This document shows positions 23,626 to 34,716 of a DNA stretch of 64,000 nucleotides, one piece after another. The DNA comes from Chiloscyllium plagiosum (Eukaryota). The stretch is from NCBI RefSeq assembly GCF_004010195.1, contig NC_057718.1, positions 85,290,580 to 85,354,579 of the forward strand. The letters run 5' to 3'. Under the pieces are notes generated by a model. The model ran no database searches. It worked only from the letters and a program-made list of their open reading frames with translations, and was not told where the DNA came from. Position 1 is the stretch's first letter. Each line of letters begins with the position of its first letter. A program made the translations under genes and the position numbers.

Positions 23626-23839
23626 ATTAGCTTCTGAAGTCTTTCGATTTTGTACAACAATGAGGCCAGTCGCTAAACAGCAAGCTCATCCCAAGTAATC
23701 TCCAGGAGAAGATCCATGGAATGATGTAGAAAAGAGACCACACAGACTTCAACCAGGAGCTTCCATGCCCAATGAAGGATGACACAGTTAGAGGTTTATT
23801 GATTGTCTCTACCTCAATTGGAACCATTGCTCAGAAATG

Positions 23840-24243
23840 TTAGTAGCAGAAGTAAGTACCATCTATAAGATGCAGTGCAGAATTCATCAAAGCTCTTTAG
23901 ACAGTACCTTTCAAACCCATGACCACTTCCATCTAGAAGGATAAGGATAGCAGACACATGGAAACACCACCACTTGCAGGTTCCCCTTGAACATCACCTC
24001 CCCACCCCCCCCCCCCCCCCCACTCACCAGGCCACTCACCATTCTGACTTGGAAATATATTGCCATTCCTTCCCTGTTGCTGAGTCGAAATTCGGAAATT
24101 CCCTCCTCAGTGGCATTGTGGATCTACATGAACTGCAGTGGTTTAAGAAGGCTGCTCACCACTACCTGCTCAAGGACAACTAGAGATGGCCAATAAATGC
24201 TGGTACAGCCAGTGACAGCGACATCCCATAAATAAGTTTAAAA
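23840..24243 (+). mobile_element. LINE family B 3' end
   Basis: ...LTILTWKYIAIPS...LQWFKKAAHHYLLKDN stop, followed by tail CAATAAATGCTGG...ACATCCCA. Confidence 0.75.
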
Positions 24244-24397
24244 CAATAGCAGGTCAAAGAAATGTGGGAGAACACTAAATCCTTTGTGAACTAATGATGT
24301 CTTCATGATCATGTATTGATAAACAAAATTAAAATTTTCTGTCTAAAAGTAGTTTCTGACTGAGAGTCAAAAGGCTATATTTTTTACTTTTTATATG

Positions 24398-24715
24398 ACT
24401 AGTTCAGTTGGCTGATCAGCTGGGTTGTGATGAGAGTGGCACCAACAGTGTGGGTTCAATTCCCGCACTGGCTGAGGTTACCATGAAGGACTCTCCTACT
24501 CAACCTTTCTCCATACCTGAGGTGTGGTGACCCTAAAGTTAAAAAAAACACCAATCATCTCTCTAATGAAAGAGCTGTCCTATGGTCCAGTAGCTGAAAA
24601 TGTGTTGCTAGAAAAGCGCAGCAGGTCAGGCAGCATCCAAGGAGCAGGAGAATCGACATTTCGGGCTCTGATCTCCAGTCCTCACTTTCTCCTATGGTCC
24701 AGTATGATTTTACCT
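24398..24715 (+). mobile_element. tRNA-derived SINE (second family), interrupted by a Penelope mini-element
   Basis: A-box TAGTTCAGTTGG and B-box GGTTCAATTCC. Body colinear with 30857-31082. Confidence 0.7.
24593..24689. mobile_element. Family A Penelope mini-element (inverted arm plus short tail)
   Basis: Flanked by the direct repeat TCCTATGGTCCAGTA at 24578-24592 and 24690-24704. Confidence 0.85.
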
Positions 24716-24818
24716 GAGTAAGCCCTGAACCACTTTCCTAGAATTTCCCACCATGTATTTTCGTCCTGTTTGTTTTGTGTATGCCAGGGGGAGTTTATAA
24801 GGAGATTAGAATTTTCAT

Positions 24819-25137
24819 TCATAGAATCCTACAGTGTGGAAACAGGCCATGTTTCCCACCAAATCCACCCAGACCCATTCCCCTCCCCTATTACTCTATA
24901 TTTCCCCTGACTAATGCACCTAACCTACACACACCCCTGAAGTCTATGGGCAATTTAGCATAGACAATTTGCCTAACCTGCATATCTTTGGACTGAGGGA
25001 AGAAACCGGAGCACCCGGAGGAAACCCATGCAGACACGGGGAGAATATGAAAACTCCACTTAGACAGTCACCCAAGACTGGATTTGAACCCGGGTCCCTG
25101 GCACTATGAGGCAGCAGAGCTAACCACTGAGCCACCC
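24819..25137 (-). mobile_element. HE1 V-SINE
   Basis: Head GGTGGCTCAGTGGTTAGC, V-domain, and tail CCACACTGTAGGATTCTATGA. Confidence 0.92.
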
Positions 25138-25422
25138 AATTTTAATTAATAGAGGTATATGCCAATGCTTCATAATTATTTATCAACAGCTAGAACCTAC
25201 TTCCTTGTAATAAATAGTCATTTCATGATTACAGAAACTTGGTCCATGCTTTCTCTCAACTTGGGTCAACAAGTCAGGTAAATTAGGGAATTTTGCATGC
25301 TCTTGTCACAACTCCGGGAATAGAGGGAATTAATTTCCAGCATGCTGTCTCAGTGACATGTGACAGAAGCTTTTGTTGGTGGGAACTAGATGGCTTTCCT
25401 CTCTTCCTCTTTAATTACAATA

Positions 25423-25638
25423 CAGTTAGTTCTGCTATAATGCAGTAGTTCCGTTCTCCATCCCATGCTATTAAAAAAATTGTGTAATAGCAGCACCATT
25501 TAAACTAGTAGGTCCAGAATCACATTATAACTAATGCACACTTTAAAACTTTGCACCTTAGAAACAGTGTCCCCAATTCGTCAATTGTGTTATAGCAAAT
25601 TTGTGTTAACAAAACTCGCATTGTAGCAGAACGAACAG
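25423..25638. mobile_element. Tigger/pogo-like MITE
   Basis: TA|CAGTTAGTTCTGCTATAATGC ... GCATTGTAGCAGAACGAACAG|TA terminal inverted repeats with TA flanks. A second copy lies at 62711-62919. Confidence 0.75.
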
Positions 25639-26172
25639 TATTCTTGGTGATCCACATGATAACAAATTGCAATTACAGCATCATTAATAGTGCAAACAGG
25701 AAATAAGTATATCATTGTATCCACTAAAAAATAAAAATCAAGTGACTCACTAAGTATACACACCTGTTCCAATGACTGAATGAATTGGTACTGGAATTGA
25801 ATTGCTTCAGAAGAAAGATTAGTAAGAAATGGGAGTAAAGATTGAAAGTGTCTGCTCTATTCTTACCCATAAAATGGACCAACAATTGATATTTGCCCAT
25901 AAAATTTTGGAATTGGTATTGAAAGCAGCAAATCACAGTAAGGAAGAGCGATTACAACTAATTGATAGGGCATTATGTAAGTTTACATCCAACTTTGTGT
26001 ATTTTGCCACTCCATATAAATAGTGAAATTATATCATTTGCAAATACTATGCAAGAGTTTGAGAATGGGAGTTGATGGATACAGTATAGACGCTGTATAC
26101 CTTTAGTCAGTTACAGCTTTGGATACTGAAATTTGAAATTCATCCAATAAAAAGGACACAAGTATAGATTTA

Positions 26173-26967
26173 TTGATGCCCTCCAGCACACCTCATCCAC
26201 TTCCCACACCTCCGCCCTCAAAACCCACCCCTTCAACTGCAACAAGGACAGAACCCCCCCCCCCCCCCCAGGGCTCACCTTCCACCCCACCAACCTCTGG
26301 ATACATCACATCATCCTCCGTCATTTCTGCTACCTACAAACAGGAGCTGTATCCGTTACTCCTAATGTGGTCTCATCTACATTGGGGAGACAGGACACCT
26401 ATTTGCAGAACACTTCAGAGAACATCTCTGGGATACACACATGAAACAACCCCACCGCTCCGTGACCGAACGATTTAACTACCTCTCCCACTCCCCCAAG
26501 GACATGCAGGTCCTGGCCTCCTCCATCGCCAAACTCTTATCACCTGACACCTGGAGGAAGAACACCTCATCTTCTGCCTCGGGACCCTCCCATGGCATCA
26601 ATGTGGATTTCACCAGTTTCCTCATTTCCCCTCCCCCCACGTTATCCCAGATCCAATCTTCCAACTCAGCACCGCCCTCTTGATCTGTCCTACCTGTCCA
26701 TCTTCCTTCTCACCTATTCGCTCCGCCTTCATCTCCGACCTATCACCTTCACCCCCACCCTATCTATAACATTCTCAGCTGCCTCCACACACACACACAC
26801 CCCACCCCCTGCAACTCCCTCCACAGCCTCTATCCCTCCCATTAATCTCTCAGCCCTTTGGCTCACAAGCCTCATTCCTGATGAAGAGCTTTTGCTTGAA
26901 ACATCAATTCTCCTGCTCCTCAGATGCTGCCTGACCTGCAGTGCTTTTCCAGCAGCACACTCTCGAC
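26173..26967 (+). mobile_element. Penelope family A 3' fragment (GIY-YIG remnant plus pseudo-LTR)
   Basis: GLIYIGETGHLFAEHFREHL...FNYLSHSPKDMQVL, with hammerhead core CTGATGA at 26878. Confidence 0.85.
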
Positions 26968-27029
26968 ATAAATTTATTGAACTCTGGTTATTAACTTGAC
27001 AATTGATTTTATAATTAGATGATTGTCAT

Positions 27030-27340
27030 GCTTCAGTCAGAGGCTTTTTCCCCGGGTACAACAGAGTGTTACAAGGGGACATAAATTTAAGGTGAAGGGT
27101 GGAAGGTATGGGGGGGATGTCAGGGGTAGGTTCTTTACCCAGAGAGTGGTGGGGGCATGGAATGCGTTGCCTGTGGGAGTGGCAGAGGCAGAATCATCGG
27201 TGACCTTTAAGCGGCAATTGGAAAGGTACATGGATAGGTGCTTAAGCTAGGTACATGGATAGGTGCTTAAGCTAGGACAAATGTTCGGCACAACATCGTG
27301 AGCCGAAGGGCTTGTTCTGTGCTGTATTGTTCTATGTTAT
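27030..27340 (+). mobile_element. CR1-type LINE 3' end with a perfect 25-bp tandem duplication
   Basis: TRGHKFKVKGGRY...FFTQRVVGAWNALP. AGGTACATGGATAGGTGCTTAAGCT occurs at 27224-27248 and 27249-27273. Confidence 0.88.
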
Positions 27341-27650
27341 ATTTTATGTACAAATTTAAAGAAAATGCCTCTTTGTCACTTCTTGCTAAATATACCACAG
27401 ATGGTGAGTAGGTGAAGGACAAAAGCATAATGAAAGCTTCCCTAATGCTCAGAGTTTGCATAAAGGCTTACTTTTTGGGCATTGTTGTTCCCTGTGGACT
27501 CTCAAGTGTTGAGTGTTAGGGTAGAAGTAGCAAAGTTGGTGCATGATCTGACAATGATGCCTTATGCATCACTTTCTACCCCTCCACCTCATCCCAATTA
27601 TAGAAATACAGATATGAAAGAACCACTTTGTCTTATCAAGTCAATGACAG

Positions 27651-27786
27651 CTCATTCCTGATGAAGGGCTTTTGTCCGAAACATCGATTTTCCTGCTCTG
27701 TGGATGCTGCCTGACGTGCTGTGCTTTTCGAGCTCCACTCTAATCTTGACTCTAATCTCCAGCATCTGAAGTACCCACCTCTGCCT
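27651..27786 (+). mobile_element. Solo Penelope pseudo-LTR (family A) with hammerhead
   Basis: CTGATGA (27658) AGGGCTTTTGTCC GAAACATC, with AGCTC on both flanks. Confidence 0.85.
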
Positions 27787-27876
27787 AGCTCTTTTGTATT
27801 CAATTAATCCCGCACCTTTTCTCTTTCGCCATACCCCTTTAAGTTCTGTTGCACCACCCTTTCAGGTAGTACAATC

Positions 27877-29900
27877 ATGGTATAGAATGTAGGGAAATAG
27901 ATGGTGACATCTTGAAAAATGTCCATATTACAGAGGAGGAAGTGTTAGATGTCTTGAAGCACATAAAAGTGGATAAGTCTCCAGGACCTGATCAGGCGTA
28001 CCCTAGAACTCTGTGGGAAGCTAGGGAAGTGATTGCTGGCCCTCTTGCTGAGATATTTGCACCATCGATAGTCATAGGTGAGGTACCAGAAGACTGGAGG
28101 TTGGCTAATGTGGTGCCACTGTTTAAGAAGGGTGGTAAGGACAAGTCAGGGAACTATAGACCAGCGAGCCTGATGTTGGTGGTAGGCAGGTTGTTGGAAG
28201 GCATCCTGAGGGACAGAATGTACATGTATTTGGAAAGACAAGGACTGATTAGGGATAGTCAACATGGCTTTATGCATTGGAAAACATGTCACACAAACTT
28301 GATTGAATTTTTCGAAGAAGTAACAAAGAGGATTGATGAGGGCAGAGCGGTGGACGTGATAAGTATGGACTTCAGTAAGACGTTCAACAAGGTTCTCCAT
28401 GGGAGACTGGTTAGCAAGGTTAGGTCTCATGTAATACAGGGAGCCAGATGGGCCAATGGGCTGAGAAGTGGCAGATGGAGTTTAATTCGGATAAATGCAG
28501 AGTATTGAGTACAGGAGTTGGGAGGTCATGTTGCGGCTGTACAGGACATTGGTTAGGCCACTGTTGGAATATTGCGTGCAATTCTGATCTCCTTTCTATC
28601 AGAAAGATGTTGTGAAACTTGAAAGGATTCAGAAAAGATTTACAAGGATGTTGCCAGGGTTGGAGGATCTGAGCTACAGGGAGAGGCTGAGGGGTGACCT
28701 TATAGAGGTTTACAAAATTATGAGGGGCATGGATAGGATAAATAGGCAAAGTCTTTTCCCTGGGGAGTCCAGAACTAGAGGCCATAGGTTGAGGGTGAGA
28801 GGGGAAAGATATATACAGGCTAGTACAATTTGCAACATTTAAGAGGCATTTGGATGGGTATATGAATAGGAAGGGTTTGGAGGGATATGGTCGGGTGCTG
28901 GCAGGTAGGACTAGATTGGGTTGGGATATGTGGTTGGCATGGATGGGTTGGACCGAAGGGTCTGTTTCCATGCTGTACAAAAAAATAAAAATAAAAAAAA
29001 CCTAGCCATTTGGATACAGAACTGGCTCAACAGTAGAAAACAGAGGGTGGCGGTGGAGGGTTGTTTTTCAGATTGGAGGCCTGTGACCGGTGGAGTGCCA
29101 CAAAGATCTGTGCTGAGTCCACTTCTTTTCATCATTTATATAAATGATTTGGATGTAGGCATAAGAGGTATAGTTAATAAGTTTGCAAATGACACCAAAT
29201 TGGAGGTGTAGTGGTCAGTGAAGAAGGTTACCTCAGATTACAACGGGGTCTTGATCAAATGGGGCAATGGGCTGAGAAGGGGCAGATGGAGTTTAATTTA
29301 GATAGATGCAAGGTGCTGCATTTTGGGAAAGCGAACCTTAGCAGGACTTATACACTTAATGATAAGGTCCTGGGGAGTGTTGTTGAACAAAGAGACCTTG
29401 GTGTACAGGTTCATAGCTCCTTGAAAGTAAAGTCGCAGGTAGATAGGATAGGAGGATTTCAGCTATTGGGACAGGTTGAACAGGCTGGTGCTATTTTCCC
29501 TGGAGCATCAGAGGCTGAGGGGTGACCTTACAGAGGTTTATAAAATCATGAGGGGCATGGATAGGATAAATAGACAAAGTCTTTTCCCTGGGGTCGGGGA
29601 GTCCAGAACTAGAGGGCATAGGTTTAGGGTGAGAGGGGAAAGATATAAAAGAGACCTAAGGGGCAACCTTTTCACACAGAGTGGTACGTGTACGGAATGA
29701 GCTGCCAGAGGAAGTGGTGGAGGCTGGTACAATTGCAACATTTAAAAAGCATCTGGATGGATATATGAATAGGAAGGGTTTGGAGGGAGATGGTCTGGGA
29801 GCTGGCAGATGGAACTAGATTGGGTTGGGATATCTGGTCGGCATGGACGAGTTGGACCGAAGGGTCTGTTTCCATCCTGTATATCTCTATGACCCTATCT
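27877..29900 (+). mobile_element. HER1/CR1 LINE (5'-truncated) with a second CR1 copy nested at ~28444-29000
   Basis: KSPGPD...VPEDWRLANVVPLFKKG...NYRP...MDFSKTF. The outer copy resumes at 29001 (LAIWIQNWL...GVPQ...KFANDTK) and ends with tail GAAGGGTCTGTTTCC...CTCTATGAC. Confidence 0.92.
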
Positions 29901-29909
29901 CTATCACTC

Positions 29910-30450
29910 ACTCCATAAAATATATTTTTCATAGCCCATCCAATTCTTTTCCAAATATCTTAAATCTGAGACCTCTGGTTGCTGAATCCTCTGTCACTGG
30001 AAATTATTGCCCTTTACTTATTTTATTACAGCAATTCATGCTTAGGAACACCTCTGCCAAATTTCTTAATCTGCTCTGTTTTAATAATTACAAGCTGGCG
30101 TGTATGGTCTCTCTGCAACACTGAAGGCCCACATGCCTGGGACAATTTTAGTAAATCTCTCTGCACCCTTTTTAAGGCCATGACACCTTTTCCAAAATGT
30201 TATTCCAAGAACTGGACATGATATTCCAATTGAGGCATAACCGCTGTTATATAAAAATTACACATAATCTCTTTGCTTTGCACTCTATTCTTCAATAATA
30301 AAGAGCCTTATAGAACAGCCATTTCAATTTGTCTTGAATACCTTTTAAAGATTTATGTACATTTATCATTAGACTTCTCCGTTGCTGCATCTCCTGAAAA
30401 TTGTACCATTCAGTTAGTTTTACCACTCCTTGTTCTTCTGAGCTAAATGT
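29910..30450 (-). mobile_element. Old CR1-type fragment
   Basis: CTCTGCACCCT...CCAAGAACTGGACATGATATTCCAATTGAGG corresponds to the CR1 RPQLEYCVQFW region on minus. Confidence 0.55.
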
Positions 30451-30856
30451 TAACATAGTAATAAAATCGCAAAGAAGAAAAGCTGCTGATTCTGAAGGTA
30501 TTGAGAGAAATATCCAGCTCAAATTCCTTTGAAGCTTCCCAGGTTCTTGCATAGCAAAACGTAAATGACAGACAAGGAAGGAGCAAAACTGGAAATTAAC
30601 TCCAGACTATTGACAGGAAGCTGCAGAACTTTTATTGAGCTCCGAGAATCAGAATCAAAATGGCCTTACTTCCGCTCCTATGTCTTATGGTCTTAAAAGA
30701 AAATTACAATTATGTCGATAACAGATGGCTAAAGGCCAACTTCTGCCTCTACTTCAGTTTGACTCTAACTGAAGATTGACATATATCTAAAAGAAAGACC
30801 ACCATTGAGTGGAGAGTGGAGCTTTGATGGTCAACATTTCATGGTTTGTTAAGGTG

Positions 30857-31082
30857 GGGATTGGTTAGCTCAGTTGTCTGAATGGCTGGTTTGTGATCTA
30901 AAAGATGCCATCAGCATGAGTTGAATTCTCACACCAGCTGAAATTATCATGAAGGACTTTCCCTCTCAACCTCTCCCTCCCTTGCCTGAGGTATGCTCAC
31001 CCTCAGGTTAAATCACCACTAGTTATCTCTCTCTATTGAGAGAACAGCCCAATGGATTACTAGGACTGTGGCAACTTTATTT
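30857..31082 (+). mobile_element. tRNA-derived SINE (second family)
   Basis: TAGCTCAGTTG A-box. Body CATGAAGGAC...CCTGAGGT...CCCTCAGGTTAAA is shared with the 24398 copy. Confidence 0.7.
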
Positions 31083-32745
31083 TTATGTAAAGCAACATGA
31101 AAGTTCACAAAATTATAGCATTGACATTACTCAATGACACCATAACTTCCTGAGATCATTTATCTGGGAAGTGGACCTGGTGCTATAGATCTAGGATATT
31201 GTAAACCAGTGTTATCTAATGTGTGACAAATTCATTCTGTTTAATCATACCAGTTTGACCTCTAGGGGCTAATAGAATCTTCAATAAATTAAAAGCAATC
31301 TGTTTGAACTTAAGCTTTGATTGAAATATGAGAAATGTGAACAGTTCAATGTGACCCACAATAAACTGATCAGCCTTTCTAAGATTTGAGGATTTTACCA
31401 AAGTGGCAAAATACAGATAGACTCTGTGGCAATGGACTACCCACTTTTCATGTAAACAGTCAATGACAGAATTTAATTTAAACATTTAAAAGTGATAATA
31501 AATGCCTCATTCTTAAACAGCACCAAGAATAGTGTAACAAAATTATCAGAACTGTGATGGAAACTCACAAGTTAGATGAAGGTGATACTCTTGGGATAAT
31601 GTGCGTTCCAGTCTCTCCAGTGCCCATTGATGGCACAAGTGTACTTGACACAAGACACCACACAATCCTGCTCCAGTGACCCATAGGTGTAGATGTAACT
31701 ACAGAAGAGAGGCAAAGAGTTTGGTCCATGACTCCTGGGCTATCCTCTGCTGAGACCTGATGATGACCACTATTTTTAGGCCCGGGGCAAGGGAATGGAA
31801 TTCTAGGTATCGAAAAACGCAAAAACAGAAAATAAATTTTAACTGGACTATTCGTCAGGGTAAACCTTGCCTTGGCAAAAATGTAGGAAAGGTTCACCAG
31901 CTGGAATTGTGGGAGAAGAGGCCAGGCCTGAGAAAAGAGATTGTGTAAATTTGACCAATACTCTCTGGTATACTCTAGTCTTGGGACAAGGGGATTGCCA
32001 TTTTTGAAGGTATTGAGCCAAGGAGAAATTCTTTTACTCAAAGAGCTGGAAATCTTTGGATTCTCTGCTCCAGAGAGCTGTCTACTATTGCACAAAACAA
32101 TGGCTTTGAAGGGGTTAATATTCAAATTACATTAGCTGCGCTCATTCTACTGAGGTCACACAGTCTGTAGTGGAGCCAAGAAATCTTCCTGTTGTTTTTA
32201 AAAGACAGTAGATATCTGAACAAGCTCTCTCAGGTCCTAGCCATTATGTCTGACTGAATGTAGCTGTTTTTACTGAAGTCTTGCAGTAAACCTTGATATC
32301 TAAGAATAGTGCCTTTTCCATCAAGACTCTACGGTGGTGCATCCACTATCACTAATCACTAGTTAAGCCAAAGCAAAGTAAAGATGGGGGTGGGGGATTA
32401 CCACTAAGCTCCACAGAACCATTAATTTATACCACACAGTCAGCTATTCCACCATATTGAAGTCATCAATAAACCATAGGGAGGCTCCTTGATGACAAGA
32501 TCTACCTTTTCTGTACCCGGTTCATGCCACTTACATACAGGGAGACATTGTGTGACAATGAGTTGCCCATTAGGTTTCAGTTTCCCTGAAGATCTCTCCA
32601 CCTTAATGTTACTCCACCTTTCCATCCTTCTGCTCTGGTCTGTCATTATGCCTCCAGCCAAAATCCTGAAATAAAAGACACCACATAAATTGGTAACAGC
32701 TGCATTCAACAACTCTTTAGATGCTGTACATGCCAAACACTTGCT

Positions 32746-32810
32746 TTCCTGATGAAGGGCTTATGCCTGAAACTTCAATTCTCCTTCTCCTCGGATGCTG
32801 CCTGACCAAA
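32746..32810 (+). mobile_element. Short solo Penelope pseudo-LTR (family A)
   Basis: CTGATGA at 32749. Flanking repeat ACACTTGCT at 32737-32745 and 32815-32823. Confidence 0.8.
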
Positions 32811-34260
32811 TCAGACACTTGCTGTCATCTAAGATGTTCTTGGCAATAGTGGTTACAACAGCCTCAGTGAATGCCATACCCATGATTAGCAGCACCATCT
32901 TTCCCAATGAGTTCAGGAAATACAGGCATGCCTGTTCTCTGCTGCTTCTCTGTTGTTCCCTCTTTTTATGCTCGACCTTGTCCTGCACGAGAGAGTGAAG
33001 AATGTCAGTTCGTATTTTATAATGTATTTGGGTAATGTACCCATCACAGCTGAATAACTGGAAGCTCATGGAAGCTGCAAAATGCGGGCGTGATCCTTGC
33101 AATAATGCTAAGTGTGTGGTGGTGAAGAGGAGCATAAGAATATTAGACATTGATTCCTGATCACTGGAGATTACTGCTGGGTGAGTGATCGAGTTTTGGT
33201 GGATTAATTAGTGTAGAGGTTGGTCGTGTAATGGGAAAATGGCATTTGAAGATGTAGTCAATGATTTGACCATCCATATGAGGTCATTGACCATTTGGAG
33301 TAGAATCTTCTAGGGCCTGGAATGATGTTAGTCATGGCAAGAAATATGACAGAATCACACGAGAAGTCCAGTGAGGCCTATGTCATGTCAGAAACAACAT
33401 GCTGCATTTTTAAACTAAGTGTTTGGTGCCAAGGTGAGATTCTTGTTCAGGAATGGCGAGTTGCTTATTATAGGTGATTATTGCTTGTTAACAACCTTAC
33501 TAACTGCATATGGACAGCACAGGGATATAGTGGTTCGAGAAGTCAATTTGCCAACACTTTCTCAAGGGTAGCTGCCCTTGTTTCCTTCACAGTGCATGCT
33601 GTAAAGGTGTGCTGGCTACATTGCAGAGAAATGCCGTCTCTTCTGCTTTCCACTTCCTGGATGAAGACCTTCGGAGCTGCATTTTATTCACTCATGGCTC
33701 TGGATGTCACTGGCTGGCCAGCATTTATTGCCCGTGGAACTAGAAGATGCTGTCGAAGGAACTTTGGTGAATTTCTGCAGTACAGCTTGTAGGTGGTACA
33801 AACTGCTGCTGCTAAATGTCAGTGGTGGAGTGGATGCTTGTGAATGTCATGCCCATCAAATGGGCTAATTTATCCTGGATGGTGTTAAGCTTCTTGAGTG
33901 ATGTTTGAGCTGCACCCATTCGGACAAGTGGGGAGTATTCCATCATACTCCTGACTTTTCCTTAGAGATGGTGGACAAGTTTTGGGGAGTCAGAAAGTGA
34001 GTTACTTGCTTCAGTATTCCTAGTCTCTGACCTCCTCTTGTAGCCACAGTGTTTATATGGTCAATCCAGTTGAATCTCTGGTAAATGGTAACTGCAGGAT
34101 GTTGATAGTGGGGTTTCAGTGATGGTAACACCATTGAATGTCAAGGGGTGATGGTTAGATTATCTCTTACTGGAGATGGCCATTTGCTGGGATTTGTGTA
34201 GTATGAATGTTACTTGCCACTTGTCAGTCCAAGCCTGGATATTGCCAGACCTTGTTGCAT

Positions 34261-34628
34261 TTGATTGATTGATTTATTGTCACATGTACCAAAGTACAAT
34301 GAAAAGTTTAGTTTACAAGCAATACAGGCAGATTATAGTAAGCATGGATGTTCAGATCAAAAAGATTTAAACAGAGGCATACAGGTTACACTGCATAGGG
34401 CATGGGCTAGATGAGATCAACGTTAGCAAGATCAATATTATTTGAGGCTAAAAAGAGTTCATTCATCATTCCAATAACGGCCAGGAAGAAGCTGTTCCTG
34501 AACCTACTGGTGCATGTGACCAGACTTCTATCTGATAGAAGAGGTTGTAGGAGATCATTACTGGGGTGTGATGGGTCTTTGATGATGTTGGCAGCCTTTC
34601 CATGGCAGCGAGCCTTGTAAATGGACTG
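34261..34628 (-). mobile_element. Rex1/Babar LINE 3' end
   Basis: KAANIIKDPSHP...TSRFRNSFFLAVIGMMN, then AATAAA and an (AATC)n tail. Confidence 0.8.
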
Positions 34629-34716
34629 CTTTAGTATCTGAGGAGTCACGATTGCACAATGTTCAACATCAATCATCAGTGAACATTCCCACTTCTGATT
34701 GTATGATGGAGAGAAG

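Noticed and set aside
24398..24475. tRNA genes at SINE heads (also 15845, 30857, 48305, 50209, 50971)
   Set aside because: A/B boxes continue into SINE bodies and no complete cloverleaf is evident.
31565..32135. 186-aa minus ORF and overlapping ORFs
   Set aside because: No recognisable motif or exon context; probably an unclassified repeat or LTR-like sequence.
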